A stretch of 64,000 nucleotides of DNA from Candidatus Amarobacillus elongatus (GCA_016703545.1 JADJBX010000001.1:643186-707185), one strand, 5' to 3'; positions 1 through 8,945 are shown, numbered from the stretch's first letter. Notes: generated by a model from the sequence alone, not told the origin. A program made the numbers and translations.

Positions 1-98
1 CGGCCCGGTAACGGCGTACAACCTCAGCCCCAATCCCGGCCGCAGCGACCCGCTGTACGCGGTCGTGGCGCATGCCGCGAAGGCGCCGGCCGGCAACG

Positions 99-134
99 AA
101 GAAGCGGCGGAGGGTAGCCCCTCCGCCGCTTCTT
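99..134 (-). terminator. Hairpin terminator downstream of the CAP-domain gene
   Basis: Perfect 16-bp stem (AAGAAGCGGCGGAGGG / CCCTCCGCCGCTTCTT) with a 4-nt loop. It begins 20 nt beyond the stop at 154. On the minus strand it is followed by CGTTGCC. Confidence 0.55.
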
Positions 135-153
135 GCCTTGCCGAACGAGCCGC

Positions 154-1345
154 CTAGTACGCGGTGGCGTAGCTGTAGTCGTTGTATTGCCAGCCCGCGG
201 CACTCCGCGTCCAGAGGCGGACGTAGATGGTGCCCTGCCGCGGGACGCTCGTGCTGAGCGACGTGTTGAGCCCCTGGGATCGGCCGTAAAGGTTGTTCGA
301 GCCGGGCGTAGTGCCGATGTAGAAGAAGTACTCCTGGGCGCCGGCGACGGGGGACCAGACGAAGGTGGCCCAGCCACCGCGAAGGGTGGTGCCGCCCGGC
401 GGGAGCGTCAGCGACGCCTTCGTACCCACGCTGCCGAGGTTGGCGGCGGTGTATTGGTAGTCGTTGAACTGCCAGCCGCTGGCGGAACGGGTCCAGAGGC
501 GCACCCACACGGTGGAGCCGTTCGTGGGCAGGTTCGAAATGGTCGCGGTGCGGTTCAGGCCGGTGCTCGAACCGTAGAGGTTGTTGGCGCCCTGGGTGGT
601 GCCGGCGTAGGAGGAAGTACTCCACCGCACCCGTACCGGCGGTCCAGGCGAACGCCGTGCTCGCGCCGGGGAGGGTCGAACCCGCGGCGGGGGAGGTCAT
701 GTCGGCCTTCGTGGCCTGGACCGGGGTCGCCGTGGGCGGCGGAGGCGGCTGCGTGGCGGTGCGAGTCGGGGTTGCGGTGGGCGTGGTGCCGCCACCACCG
801 CCGCCGGTGCCATCGACGACGAGGCCGAAGTCGGTGGTCCAGTACCAGTTGTACGGGGACCCGGCGACCTGCTCGCGGGCGATACCGATCACCTTGTAGC
901 TGCCGTTGAGCATGTTTGCGTTGTGGCCGGCGCTGTTGCGCCAGGCGTCGAAGGCCTCGGCGGCGCTGTCCCAGTTGGTGCCGGCGGCGATGTTCTCGCC
1001 GGCGCCGCCCGGGTAGCCGCAGTCGGTCGCGCGCTGCGAGGGCGAACGGCCGAGGGAGTCCGTGTGGGAGAAGTACGCCTTCGCACCCATGTCCTGGCTG
1101 AGCCAGGCGGAGGAGCGGTTGAGGTTGGTGGAGATGGTGAGCGGCCCGAGGCCGTTCTGCGCGCGGTAGTTGTTGATAAGGCCGAGGAATGCGGTCTCCT
1201 CACCGTCGAGGGCCATGGAGCCGCCCGTGCAGTTGGTGAGTGCCTGGGCATTACTCGGGAGGGTGGCCACGAGGGCGGAACCGAGCGCCGCAAGGCCGAC
1301 AAGCGAGCCGGTGATGAGGCCCATGGGCCGGAGCCGGAAGGTCAT
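154..1345 (-). pseudogene. Secreted CAP/SCP (PR-1-like) domain protein with two tandem ~85-aa C-terminal repeats; frameshifted as sequenced
   Basis: ATG at 1345 gives MTFRLRPMGLITGSLVGLAALGSALVATLPSNAQA (signal peptide). The CAP-like core follows (YRAQNGLGPL...GENIAAG...AWRNSAGHNANML...IGIA), then a Gly/Thr/Pro linker. Near 610-616 the reading ...GAVEYFL jumps frame into ORF 154..630 (YAGTTQGANNLYG...). Repeat 2 has the intact equivalent AQEYFFYIGTTPGSNNLYG. Span length is 3n+1, so one extra nucleotide. Confidence 0.75.
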
Positions 1346-1578
1346 GAAGAAGTCCCCTGGTGGGCGGCTTGTTTTGTCCGCCGCCCGCCAGTCCATTCGA
1401 CCCTCTGCGTGTCAAACCACAGTGTGATGCGTGTAAGGCCGTTGCAAAATCAACGCAATAGTCCCAATTCTTACCTTGATTTTGCACGGGAGTTACACCG
1501 GTAATCCCAGATTGAGGTTCCATCACACGAGGAGAGCACACATAATGCTCTCGTCTTGCTAACTTGCCGGAGGTGACG

Positions 1579-2634
1579 GTGGTACTCCCCCGCACACGGT
1601 CATCCCACCGGCGCCAGGCGGCGGCGCTTGCGCTGCTCGCTGGCGCATCCCTGTTCGCCGGGCTGTTCGCGCAGCCGGCGGCCGTTCGCGCCGCGGGCGC
1701 CACGTACACGGTCGCGAAGGGCGAAACCCTCAGCCAGATTGCGGACGACCTCGGCATCACGCCCGAGGCGCTGGTGCAGGCGAACAACCTCAAGGACCCG
1801 GACCGGATCTACGCGGGTATGGTGCTGCGCGTGCCTTCGGCCGCGGCGCGGTCGCGGCGTCGGTGCCCGGCGAGCGGCCGCGTACACACCGTGCGCGCCG
1901 GCGAAAGCCTTTCGGGTATCGCCGACCAGTACGGCGTGAATCCGGCGGCGATCGTGTCGCTCAACGGGCTCGCCGATCCGGACCACATCGTCGCGGGGTT
2001 GGACCTGCGCATCCCGGGGGGCGGCGGCGGAAGCGCGCCCTCGCCTTCGCCCAGTAACGCCGGCCTGCGCCGGTACGTGGTGCGGCCGGGGGACTCGCTT
2101 TCGGGGATCGCGGACCTGCTGGGAACGACGGCGGAGGCGATTGCGGCGGTCAACGGGATCACGAACCCTTCCCTCATCCAGGTGGGGCAGGAACTGAGCA
2201 TCCCGGCGGCGACGCGCACGACGGTCTCGACCGTGAGCCACGCCGAGGCGCGCGCGGCAGTCGTGGCGGCGGCGAACGAGTTCGGGATCGAGCCTTCGAT
2301 TCTGCTGGCGATTGCGTGGCAGGAGAGCGGCTTCCAGCAGCATGTGGTGAGCAACGTCGGCGCCGTGGGCATCATGCAGCTGCTGCCATCGACGGCGGTC
2401 TGGGCCGTGGACTTCCTGATTGATGGAGGGCACGGCTGGCAATACAACGCACGCGACAACGCACGTGTGGGAGCGGCGGTGTTCCGGGACCTGCTGGACA
2501 GCGCTGACGGCGACGTGCGGCTCGCACTGGCGGCGTACTACCAGGGCTGGGGAAGCCTCGAACGGTTCGGGTGGTTCGACGAGACGCACGACTACGTGGA
2601 CAACGTCATCGCGCTTTCGGCCGAGTTCCGCTAG
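1579..2634 (+). CDS. LysM-repeat (x3) peptidoglycan-binding lytic transglycosylase (SLT domain)
   Basis: Three LysM motifs (YTVAKGETLSQIADDLG, HTVRAGESLSGIADQYG, YVVRPGDSLSGIADLLG). C-terminal SLT signature AIAWQESGFQQHVVSNVGAVGIMQLLPSTA. The ORF-track start is TTG 1564. I prefer GTG 1579 because GGAGG lies 5 nt upstream. Confidence 0.85.
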   Translation: MVLPRTRSSHRRQAAALALLAGASLFAGLFAQPAAVRAAGATYTVAKGETLSQIADDLGITPEALVQANNLKDPDRIYAGMVLRVPSAAARSRRRCPASGRVHTVRAGESLSGIADQYGVNPAAIVSLNGLADPDHIVAGLDLRIPGGGGGSAPSPSPSNAGLRRYVVRPGDSLSGIADLLGTTAEAIAAVNGITNPSLIQVGQELSIPAATRTTVSTVSHAEARAAVVAAANEFGIEPSILLAIAWQESGFQQHVVSNVGAVGIMQLLPSTAVWAVDFLIDGGHGWQYNARDNARVGAAVFRDLLDSADGDVRLALAAYYQGWGSLERFGWFDETHDYVDNVIALSAEFR

Positions 2635-2658
2635 CGGGCGCTCGGCCGGGAGCGGGAG

Positions 2659-2892
2659 TCAGTCGGGGTCGTCGAGCATGGTCGGCGGCTCGGGCCCGAT
2701 GAGGCCGTGCTTCGCGGAGTACTTTTCGACCACAACGATCAGCAGGAAGAAGGGCACGAAGGCGGCCGCGGCCACGGCCGCCCACCACGACGGGATGATG
2801 GCCAGCAGGATGGCCGAGGCCGAGGTGAAGCCCATGCCGATGATCGAGAGGATGCGCCCGGCGAGGACGTAGGGCGTGACGGGCGAGTTCAT
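2659..2892 (-). CDS. Small membrane protein (77 aa, two predicted TM helices)
   Basis: ATG at 2892 within ORF 2659..3195 gives MNSPVTPYVLAGRILSIIGMGFTSASAILLAIIPSWWAAVAAAAFVPFFLLIVVV.... It is hydrophobic with high GC3 and lies 32 nt downstream of the response regulator stop. Confidence 0.5.
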   Translation of the reverse strand: MNSPVTPYVLAGRILSIIGMGFTSASAILLAIIPSWWAAVAAAAFVPFFLLIVVVEKYSAKHGLIGPEPPTMLDDPD

Positions 2893-2924
2893 ACGCCCAT
2901 CTTCCGTCCCACGTCCTTGACCGT

Positions 2925-3668
2925 CTAATCCGGGGCGGTTGCGGCCGCCGGCGCCGCGGCGGGAGCGGCCTGACGGGCCACGGGCTCGGCATCGAACATA
3001 TAGCCGATGCCCTGGAGCGTCTTGATGATCTGCGGGTTGCCCGGCTCGGGCTCGAGCTTGTGGCGAAGGCGCGAGACCCACACGCGCAGGTACTGGAGGT
3101 CGTCCCGGTACTCGGGGCCCCAGACCTTGCTCAGCAGTTCCGCGTTGAGGATGACCTTGCCGGCATTGGAGGCTAGGTGCTGGAGCAGCAGCCACTCCGT
3201 GCGCGTGACGGATACCAGTTCGCCGTTGCGCTTCACGAGACGCCGCGTGAGGTCGATTTCGACTTCGCCGGCGCGAACGACGCGCTCGCTGTCCTGGCCA
3301 CTGGTGCGGCGGAGGACGGCGCGGATGCGGGCGCCGAGCTCTTCGAGGCTGAACGGCTTGACGATGTAGTCGTCGGCGCCCAGTTCGAGGCCGCGGACCT
3401 TGTCGGCGTCCTTGTCCTTGGCGGTAACGAGGATGATTGGGGTGTTGGTCCGCTCGCGGATGCGGCGCATGACTTCGAGGCCGGTGATCTCGGGCATGAC
3501 GACATCGAGCAGGACGACGTCCGGGCGGCGCTCCTCGACGATGCGGAGGCCCTCCTCCCCGTTGGAGGCGGTCATCACGCGAAAGCCCTGCGCTGTCAGT
3601 TCGAGCTTCATGAGGCGAAGGATCCCGGCTTCGTCATCGACGGCGAGGACCAGTGGTTCAGTACTCAA
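2925..3668 (-). CDS. OmpR/PhoB-family two-component response regulator
   Basis: Receiver domain (LVLAVDDEAGILRL...DVVLLDVVMPEITGLEV...ILVTAKD...GADDYIVKPF) plus winged-helix output (LTRTEWLLLQHL...VWVSRLRHKLE...TLQGIGYMF). TTG start at 3668 is preceded by AGGAGG with a 7-nt spacer. No histidine kinase is adjacent. Confidence 0.9.
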   Translation of the reverse strand: MSTEPLVLAVDDEAGILRLMKLELTAQGFRVMTASNGEEGLRIVEERRPDVVLLDVVMPEITGLEVMRRIRERTNTPIILVTAKDKDADKVRGLELGADDYIVKPFSLEELGARIRAVLRRTSGQDSERVVRAGEVEIDLTRRLVKRNGELVSVTRTEWLLLQHLASNAGKVILNAELLSKVWGPEYRDDLQYLRVWVSRLRHKLEPEPGNPQIIKTLQGIGYMFDAEPVARQAAPAAAPAAATAPD

Positions 3669-3813
3669 GCAGCGACCTCCTGGGGTTCGCACAACAGCGG
3701 ATCGCGCAGCCGCTTGCTGACCGCGCTGGTGCAAGCATGGTACGGGAAGCGCGGGTGCGGCGATCGGCCGCGGGTGGCCGTGGAAGCCATCGATACGCTA
3801 TTGCAAGCCACGC

Positions 3814-4185
3814 TCAGCCGTGGCGTGGGGAGACGCGGCCATCCTCGGGTGGTTGGATCACCGGATCGAAGTGGTGGTCCAGGTGCAGCCAGATGACGCG
3901 TGAATAGCGGAAGGAGAGCGGGATCTGGAGGATGAGCTGGATGGTGGGCAGGCCAATCACCCAGAGCGGGGAGACGCCCATCACGAGCAGCGGAATCCAG
4001 TAGGCCGTGGAGACCAGCCCGAAAAAGTAGCTGGCGTACATGGCGCCATAGAAGTAGCCGAACTCGCGCTGATAGACGAGGCCGCAAACCGCGCACTCGG
4101 GGTACATGGACATCAGCCCATGGAAGACAGGACCTTTCCGGCAGCGCGGGCAGCGCTGCCGGATGACCGCCCAGAGCAATCCCAT
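3814..4185 (-). CDS. DUF983-like membrane protein with N-terminal zinc ribbon
   Basis: CPRCRKGPVF...CAVCGL is followed by hydrophobic helices. This architecture is typical of DUF983. Confidence 0.65.
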   Translation of the reverse strand: MGLLWAVIRQRCPRCRKGPVFHGLMSMYPECAVCGLVYQREFGYFYGAMYASYFFGLVSTAYWIPLLVMGVSPLWVIGLPTIQLILQIPLSFRYSRVIWLHLDHHFDPVIQPPEDGRVSPRHG

Positions 4186-4194
4186 GGGGATAGT

Positions 4195-4590
4195 TTAGCC
4201 CATCGTTTGCACGTGTTCCGGCTCGATGCGGTAGATGACTCGCTTGTCCGCGTCGTTCCGGTAGGGGTAGGAATCGAGGCCCATGTACTTCTTCGCCATG
4301 GCATCGATGTGCGCGTCGGCGCCGTCGGTCGTCTTGCCGGCGACGCGGCCGCGGACCTGCACGTAGCGATAGGGGTTGGCGCCATCGAACACCGACAGGG
4401 CGACGCGCCCGTCGCGGTCCAGGTTGCGGGCCTTCTGGCGGCCGACCACGGTGTTGATCACGAGGGTGTCGCCATCGAGGTCGATCCAGACGGGCGTGTT
4501 CTGAGGGGAGCCGTCGGGCATGAGGGTGGCGATGTGGGCGAAGTTCTTGCCCTCGAAGATGTCACGGTGGGACTGGGGGATGCTTACCAT
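4195..4590 (-). CDS. PPOX-class (pyridoxamine 5'-phosphate oxidase-like) probable F420-dependent protein
   Basis: MVSIPQSHRDIFEGKNFAHIATLMPDGSPQNTPVWIDLDGDTLVINT...KARNL..DGRVALSV is a typical PPOX/F420 split-barrel N-terminus. Strong RBS (AAAAGGAGG) lies upstream of the ATG. Confidence 0.8.
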   Translation of the reverse strand: MVSIPQSHRDIFEGKNFAHIATLMPDGSPQNTPVWIDLDGDTLVINTVVGRQKARNLDRDGRVALSVFDGANPYRYVQVRGRVAGKTTDGADAHIDAMAKKYMGLDSYPYRNDADKRVIYRIEPEHVQTMG

Positions 4591-4696
4591 TCGTTGCCTC
4601 CTTTTGGATAGGAAGCGTAACGAATTGTCGCGTATCGTTCAATGGAACGGCGAGCCCGGCGTCGCGGCAGAGTGCTCGCAATTGGCGCGCGATGGC

Positions 4697-5986
4697 TCAG
4701 GTGGCGAAGCGGCGGCCGAGGTACCCCAGCTGATCGGCGGCCTCCTCCAGCTCGGCCTGGAACCTCGGGTGGGCGATTTCGATGAGCATGCGCGCGCGTT
4801 CGCGGATGGTGCGGCCGTGGAGGTTGCGCGCGCCGAACTCAGTCACGACCCAGTGGACATCGCCGCGGGTGGTGACGACGCCGCCCCCCGTCGCGATCTC
4901 CGGCGCGATGCGGCTCACGGTGCCGCCCTTCGCGGTGGAGGGGAGCGCGATCACGGGGATGCCGCCGTCGCTGCGGGCGGCGCCGCGAATGAAGTCCACC
5001 TGCCCGCCGATGCCGCTATAGAACCGCGGGCCGATGGAGTCCGCGACGACCTGGCCGGTCAGGTCGACCGTGAGGGCCGCGTTGATCGCGCACATGCGGT
5101 CGTTCTTCGCGATGACCTCGACGTGGTTGGTGTAGTCGACGGGGCGCAGTTCGACCTCCGGGTTGCGATCGAGGAAGCGGTAGACGTCCTGACTGCCCAT
5201 GGCGAAGGCGCTGACGATCACGCCGGGGTGGAGGCTCTTGCGGGAGCCGTTGATGACGCCGGCCTTCACGAGCGGGAGCAGGCCATCGGTGAACATCTCG
5301 GTGTGGACGCCGAGGTCCCGGTGGCCGCGGAGGGAGGCGAGGATCGCGTTGGGGATGGCGCCGATGCCCATCTGCAGGGTCGCGCCATCGGGGACGAGCT
5401 TGGCGACATGGTGGCCGATGGCCTCGGCCTCGGGGGTGGGCGCGGCGATGCCGTGGGTGGGCAGCGGCGCATCGACGACGACGGCGAAATCGATCCAGGC
5501 GGCAGGCAGGACGTGGCCGCCCGTACGCGGCATCTGCGGGTTCACCTGCGCGACCACGACCTTCGCGTGGCGGGCGGCGGCGAGCGCGCAATCGACGGAG
5601 ACGCCGAGGGAACAGTTGCCGTCCTGGTCGGGCGGGGTGACGTGCACGAAGGCGACATCGAGCGGCAGGGCGCCACCGGGGGCGAAGAGCGACGGGATCT
5701 CGGAGAGGAAGATCGGGGTGTAGTCGGCCCGGCCATCGCAGACGGCGTCGCGCACGTTGGGGCCGATGAAGAGCGCGTTGTGCCGGAAGTGGCCGGCCAT
5801 CTCGGGAGCGACGTAGGGCGCGGGGCCATCGGTGTGCATGTGCACGAGCTCCACGCGCGCAAGGTCGTCCTTGCGCTGCATGAGGGCGTTGATGAGCGCA
5901 TGCGGGGTGGCGGCGCCGCCGTGGATATAGACGCGGTGTCCCGAACGGACCTCGGTGACCGCACGTTCGAGGGTGACGAACTGCAT
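4697..5986 (-). CDS. Acetyl-CoA hydrolase/transferase family protein (4-hydroxybutyrate CoA-transferase-like)
   Basis: ATG 5986 (MQFVTLERAVTEVRSGHRVYIHGGAATPHALINAL...) is preceded by AGGAGG with a 6-nt spacer. The protein is 429 aa. The family motif GIGGQVDF is present. The 117-codon upstream extension in the ORF track is Arg/Pro/Ser-rich and rejected. Confidence 0.85.
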   Translation of the reverse strand: MQFVTLERAVTEVRSGHRVYIHGGAATPHALINALMQRKDDLARVELVHMHTDGPAPYVAPEMAGHFRHNALFIGPNVRDAVCDGRADYTPIFLSEIPSLFAPGGALPLDVAFVHVTPPDQDGNCSLGVSVDCALAAARHAKVVVAQVNPQMPRTGGHVLPAAWIDFAVVVDAPLPTHGIAAPTPEAEAIGHHVAKLVPDGATLQMGIGAIPNAILASLRGHRDLGVHTEMFTDGLLPLVKAGVINGSRKSLHPGVIVSAFAMGSQDVYRFLDRNPEVELRPVDYTNHVEVIAKNDRMCAINAALTVDLTGQVVADSIGPRFYSGIGGQVDFIRGAARSDGGIPVIALPSTAKGGTVSRIAPEIATGGGVVTTRGDVHWVVTEFGARNLHGRTIRERARMLIEIAHPRFQAELEEAADQLGYLGRRFAT

Positions 5987-6115
5987 GTGGGGCCTCCTGC
6001 GAGCCTCCCATTGAGGTTCGCCGAGTGGGCGTGACGGACGCAAGGCCCCGAGCCGGGAGGAACCCCGCAGATCTGGCCGGGGGCGCCCCAAAAAGTGGAG
6101 GGGAACGAAACGGCA

Positions 6116-6143
6116 GGGGCCCCGGCGGCATCGCCGGGGCCCC
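6116..6143 (-). terminator. Hairpin terminator after the two-gene secreted-protein unit
   Basis: Perfect 12-bp stem GGGGCCCCGGCG/CGCCGGGGCCCC with a 4-nt loop. On the minus strand it is followed by UGCCGUUUCGUU. It lies 25 nt beyond the stop at 6168. Confidence 0.6.
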
Positions 6144-6167
6144 GAAATCAGGCTGCCAACGGAGGGT

Positions 6168-6455
6168 TCAGCTGCCGTCCTTCGCGAGCATGACGGCGCG
6201 GATCTTGAACTTCTCGAGGAAGCCCGCGAAAAAGCCCGACTGCACGGTGTACGTGCCGCCGGTAGCGGCGGCGCCGGTGACGGGCTGGCCGATGATGCCC
6301 TGCACGGAGTAGGGCGACTGCGAGCTCGTGCCGCCACCGCCGTAGGCGAAGACGGAGAGATCCCAGCCGCTGGCGGACTGGGCGAGGGCGGTGAGGCAGA
6401 GCGCGAGGGCGGCGAGGGCGGCCCCGCCCGTGGCCATCACGCGCGCGCTGCTCAC
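6168..6455 (-). CDS. Small secreted hypothetical protein (95 aa)
   Basis: Signal-peptide-like N-terminus (ATGGAALAALALCLTALAQSAS). Two related half-motifs are present (YSVQGIIGQPVTG / YTVQSGFFAGF). Its start overlaps the upstream stop by 4 nt, suggesting translational coupling. Confidence 0.55.
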   Translation of the reverse strand: MSSARVMATGGAALAALALCLTALAQSASGWDLSVFAYGGGGTSSQSPYSVQGIIGQPVTGAAATGGTYTVQSGFFAGFLEKFKIRAVMLAKDGS

Positions 6456-7330
6456 GGCGCCGCCGCCTTCACCACGATCACGTTGAACCGGCTGCCGTTG
6501 GGCAGCGCGAGGTCGTCGTAGATGATCCAGCGGTTCGCGGTGCAGCCGGCGACGTTGTACGCGACCGCGACGTCGGGCGGCATGGTCACGCCATCGCCGG
6601 CGCCGGTGACGACGAGGATGGCGGCGGGGTCACCGTTGGCGTTGGCGTTATCGACGACGGTGGCCTTGTCGGCGAGGCAGGTGTTGCCGCCCGTGACGGC
6701 GGTGTTCACGGTCTGGACGAAGGCAGCGCGGCCGGCGGCGGTACCGGAGACACGGATGCCGCCATCGAGGTCGAGGGCGACGGGGCCCTTGAGCTTCGCC
6801 GCCGACCCGGTGCCGGCGTTGGTGATATCGAGAACGGCGGCCGCGGGCGTCGCACTCACGGTGAGCGGGAAGGCGATGGAGCCGGCGGTCTTCGCGTACA
6901 GGGCATACGGGGTCGAGGTCACGGCCTGGCGCGGCGAAAGGGCGGTGTAGGCGCCCGTGGACGTGCCCGGACGGACGGCGATTTCCATCCAGCGGGCGTC
7001 TCCGTTGAAGGCGGAGGCGCCGAAGTCGAGGTTCGTCACGAAGATGCCGTTGGTCACGGTGACGTCGGCCTTCTCGACCACGCCGCCGACGCTCGCGCCG
7101 GCGATTTCGTCGTCGTAGAGGACGAAGCGGAGGTCGTAGACGCCGTTGGCCGGGTTGCCGCCGTCCGTGAGGCGGCCCTGGTAGGTGAAGCCGCTGCTGA
7201 GGGTCACGGCCTGGGCCTGGACCGAGCCAGACGGCGCGGGGTCGGCGCCCCGGGCGAGCACGACGGCGGGCACGGTAACGAGAACGGCCGCGGCCGTGGC
7301 GGCGAGCAGGAGTGGCCGGCGTATTGGCAT
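6452..7330 (-). CDS. Secreted hypothetical protein (292 aa)
   Basis: ATG 7330 follows GGAGGA. It gives MPIRRPLLLAATAAAVLVTVPAVVLARG (signal peptide). The N-terminal module FTYQGRLTDGGNPANGVYDLRFVLYD...ARWMEIAVRP...LSPRQAVTSTPYALYA recurs at the N-terminus of many surface or tail-fibre-like proteins. The C-terminal beta-rich domain ends ...RWIIYDDLALPNGSRFNVIVV. Confidence 0.7.
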   Translation of the reverse strand: MPIRRPLLLAATAAAVLVTVPAVVLARGADPAPSGSVQAQAVTLSSGFTYQGRLTDGGNPANGVYDLRFVLYDDEIAGASVGGVVEKADVTVTNGIFVTNLDFGASAFNGDARWMEIAVRPGTSTGAYTALSPRQAVTSTPYALYAKTAGSIAFPLTVSATPAAAVLDITNAGTGSAAKLKGPVALDLDGGIRVSGTAAGRAAFVQTVNTAVTGGNTCLADKATVVDNANANGDPAAILVVTGAGDGVTMPPDVAVAYNVAGCTANRWIIYDDLALPNGSRFNVIVVKAAAP

Positions 7331-7558
7331 TAGTTCCTCCGTTATGTGGTACCGGGAGTCGAGCCGCAGTATACGCCGCACCAGGGGAATGTGCTCAACG
7401 GAATGAGCACCTTGACACAATTGACCGTTCCAAAGGTGAGGATTACGGTCGGCACGCGGGCCCTTTTTCGGCCCCGCGGCAACCATGATGGACGTACACA
7501 GTACGCAGCTACCGTTTCCTGACCGGCCGTGCTCCACGGCCGGTGCGAGGGGTCGTCG

Positions 7559-8911
7559 TTGGCCGAGGACACTGTCACTCGCGACCTGCAGGATGACGCT
7601 CGCTCCCTGATCGAAGGGGGCGAGTGGTCGAAGGCCGTCGCCCTCGTTTCTTCCCTTCACCCCGCGGACCTTGCCGACCTCGTGCTCTCCCTGGAGGAGG
7701 ACGGGCGGCGCGAGTTCCTCGACCGCCTGCCCACGGACCTCGTCGGCCAGCTGTTCGAGGAGGTCGAGGACGACGAGCTTCGCCAGCTAATCCGCGGCGT
7801 CGGCGTCGAGGACCTCCCGGCGGTGCTGGAGGAGGTCGAGGACGACGTCGCGGCGGACGTCATCCAGCAGCTCGAACCCGAGGAGCAGGCGGAAACGCTG
7901 GCGCAGCTCGACCGCGGCGAGGAAGTCGCGGAGCTGCTGCAGTACGGGGACGAGTCGGCCGGCGGCATCATGAGCCGCGGCTACGTGGCGCTGAACGAGA
8001 GCATTTCCGTCAACCAGGCGCTGTCGTACCTGCGCGTGCTGCGGCCGGCATCGGACCGCGCGTACTACCTCTACATCATCGATAGCGGACGGCGGCTCAT
8101 CGGCACCGTCTCGATTCGCGACCTGATCGTTTCGGAGCCTTCCACCCGGCTGGGGGAGATCACCCTCCGGGACGTGCACGCGGTTTCGACCGAGACGGAC
8201 CAGGAAGAGGCGGCGCGCCTGCTGCAGCGGTACAACCTGCTGGCGGTGCCCGTGGTGGACGCCGACGGGCGGCTCGAAGGCGTCATGACCGCCGATGACC
8301 TCATCGACGTCCTGCAGGAAGAAGCGACCGAGGACATGTACCGCATGGTGGGCCTCGGCGACGAAGAGCGGGTGTTCAGCCCGGTCCGGCTTTCGGTGAA
8401 GCGCCGGCTGCCGTGGATGATGGTGAACCTCGTGACGGCGTTCGTCGCGCGCGCGGTCATCGGGCTGTTCGATTCCTCGCTTGGGAAGGCGACGGTGCTG
8501 GCGCAGTTCATGGCGGTGGTCGCGGGGCAGGGCGGCAACGCGGGCACGCAAACCGCGACCATCGCCGTCCGCAGCATCGCGCTGGGCGACCTCGACGTGC
8601 GGGATGTGCTGCGGGCGTGCCGGAAGGAGATCCTCGTCGGCATCGCGAACGGCTTGGCAATTGGGACGGTAGCCGGGGTGGTCGCCTTCGTGTGGAAACA
8701 GAACGAGACGCTGGGTGTGGTCCTCGGGACGGCGCTCTTCCTGAACATCGTGGCGGCGACGCTCGGGGGCGTGCTCATTCCGCTGGGGCTGAAGTCCATG
8801 CGCGTGGACCCCGCGCTGGCGGCGAACATCTTCGTGACGACGGTGACGGACCTGATGGGGTTCGTGTTCTTCCTTGGGCTGGCATCGATCGTGATCAACC
8901 GCATCGCCTGA
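7559..8911 (+). CDS. mgtE: Magnesium transporter MgtE
   Basis: MgtE N-domain (LHPADLADLV), tandem CBS domains, and a C-terminal 5-TM domain (GQGGNAGTQTATIAVR...TTVTDLMGFVFFLG). TTG 7559 has GAGGGG 6 nt upstream. The alternative GTG 7529 lies inside a 9-bp hairpin. Confidence 0.9.
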   Translation: MAEDTVTRDLQDDARSLIEGGEWSKAVALVSSLHPADLADLVLSLEEDGRREFLDRLPTDLVGQLFEEVEDDELRQLIRGVGVEDLPAVLEEVEDDVAADVIQQLEPEEQAETLAQLDRGEEVAELLQYGDESAGGIMSRGYVALNESISVNQALSYLRVLRPASDRAYYLYIIDSGRRLIGTVSIRDLIVSEPSTRLGEITLRDVHAVSTETDQEEAARLLQRYNLLAVPVVDADGRLEGVMTADDLIDVLQEEATEDMYRMVGLGDEERVFSPVRLSVKRRLPWMMVNLVTAFVARAVIGLFDSSLGKATVLAQFMAVVAGQGGNAGTQTATIAVRSIALGDLDVRDVLRACRKEILVGIANGLAIGTVAGVVAFVWKQNETLGVVLGTALFLNIVAATLGGVLIPLGLKSMRVDPALAANIFVTTVTDLMGFVFFLGLASIVINRIA

Positions 8912-8945
8912 GGGCGATCAGCGCGTGCCGGGGAAGAAGGGGAAT

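Noticed and set aside
2-157. Possible 3' end of a plus-strand CDS entering from the left edge (…TAYNLSPNPGRSDPLYAVVAHAAKAPAGNEEAAEG…, stop 155-157).
   Set aside because: There is no recognisable family. Its last 20 codons would be encoded by the 16-bp terminator hairpin, and the opposite strand is also open. This is too little evidence to call.
5987-6337. N-terminal extensions given by the ORF track, for example 4697..6337, 6452..7660, 2925..3734, 13565..18292, 55799..57223, 57942..60230, 60306..62609, 38930..40663.
   Set aside because: The extensions are Arg/Pro/Ser-rich and overlap neighbouring genes. They precede internal starts that have good RBSs and canonical family N-termini.
7331-7558. 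M-box (ykoK) Mg2+ riboswitch upstream of mgtE.
   Set aside because: Only AGGUGAGG resembles the consensus. The other conserved blocks (…CUGCUGCCC…, …GACGCUAAUGGGUCAACAG…, …CUAAAGCUCUACG…) are absent, and the leader is too short.
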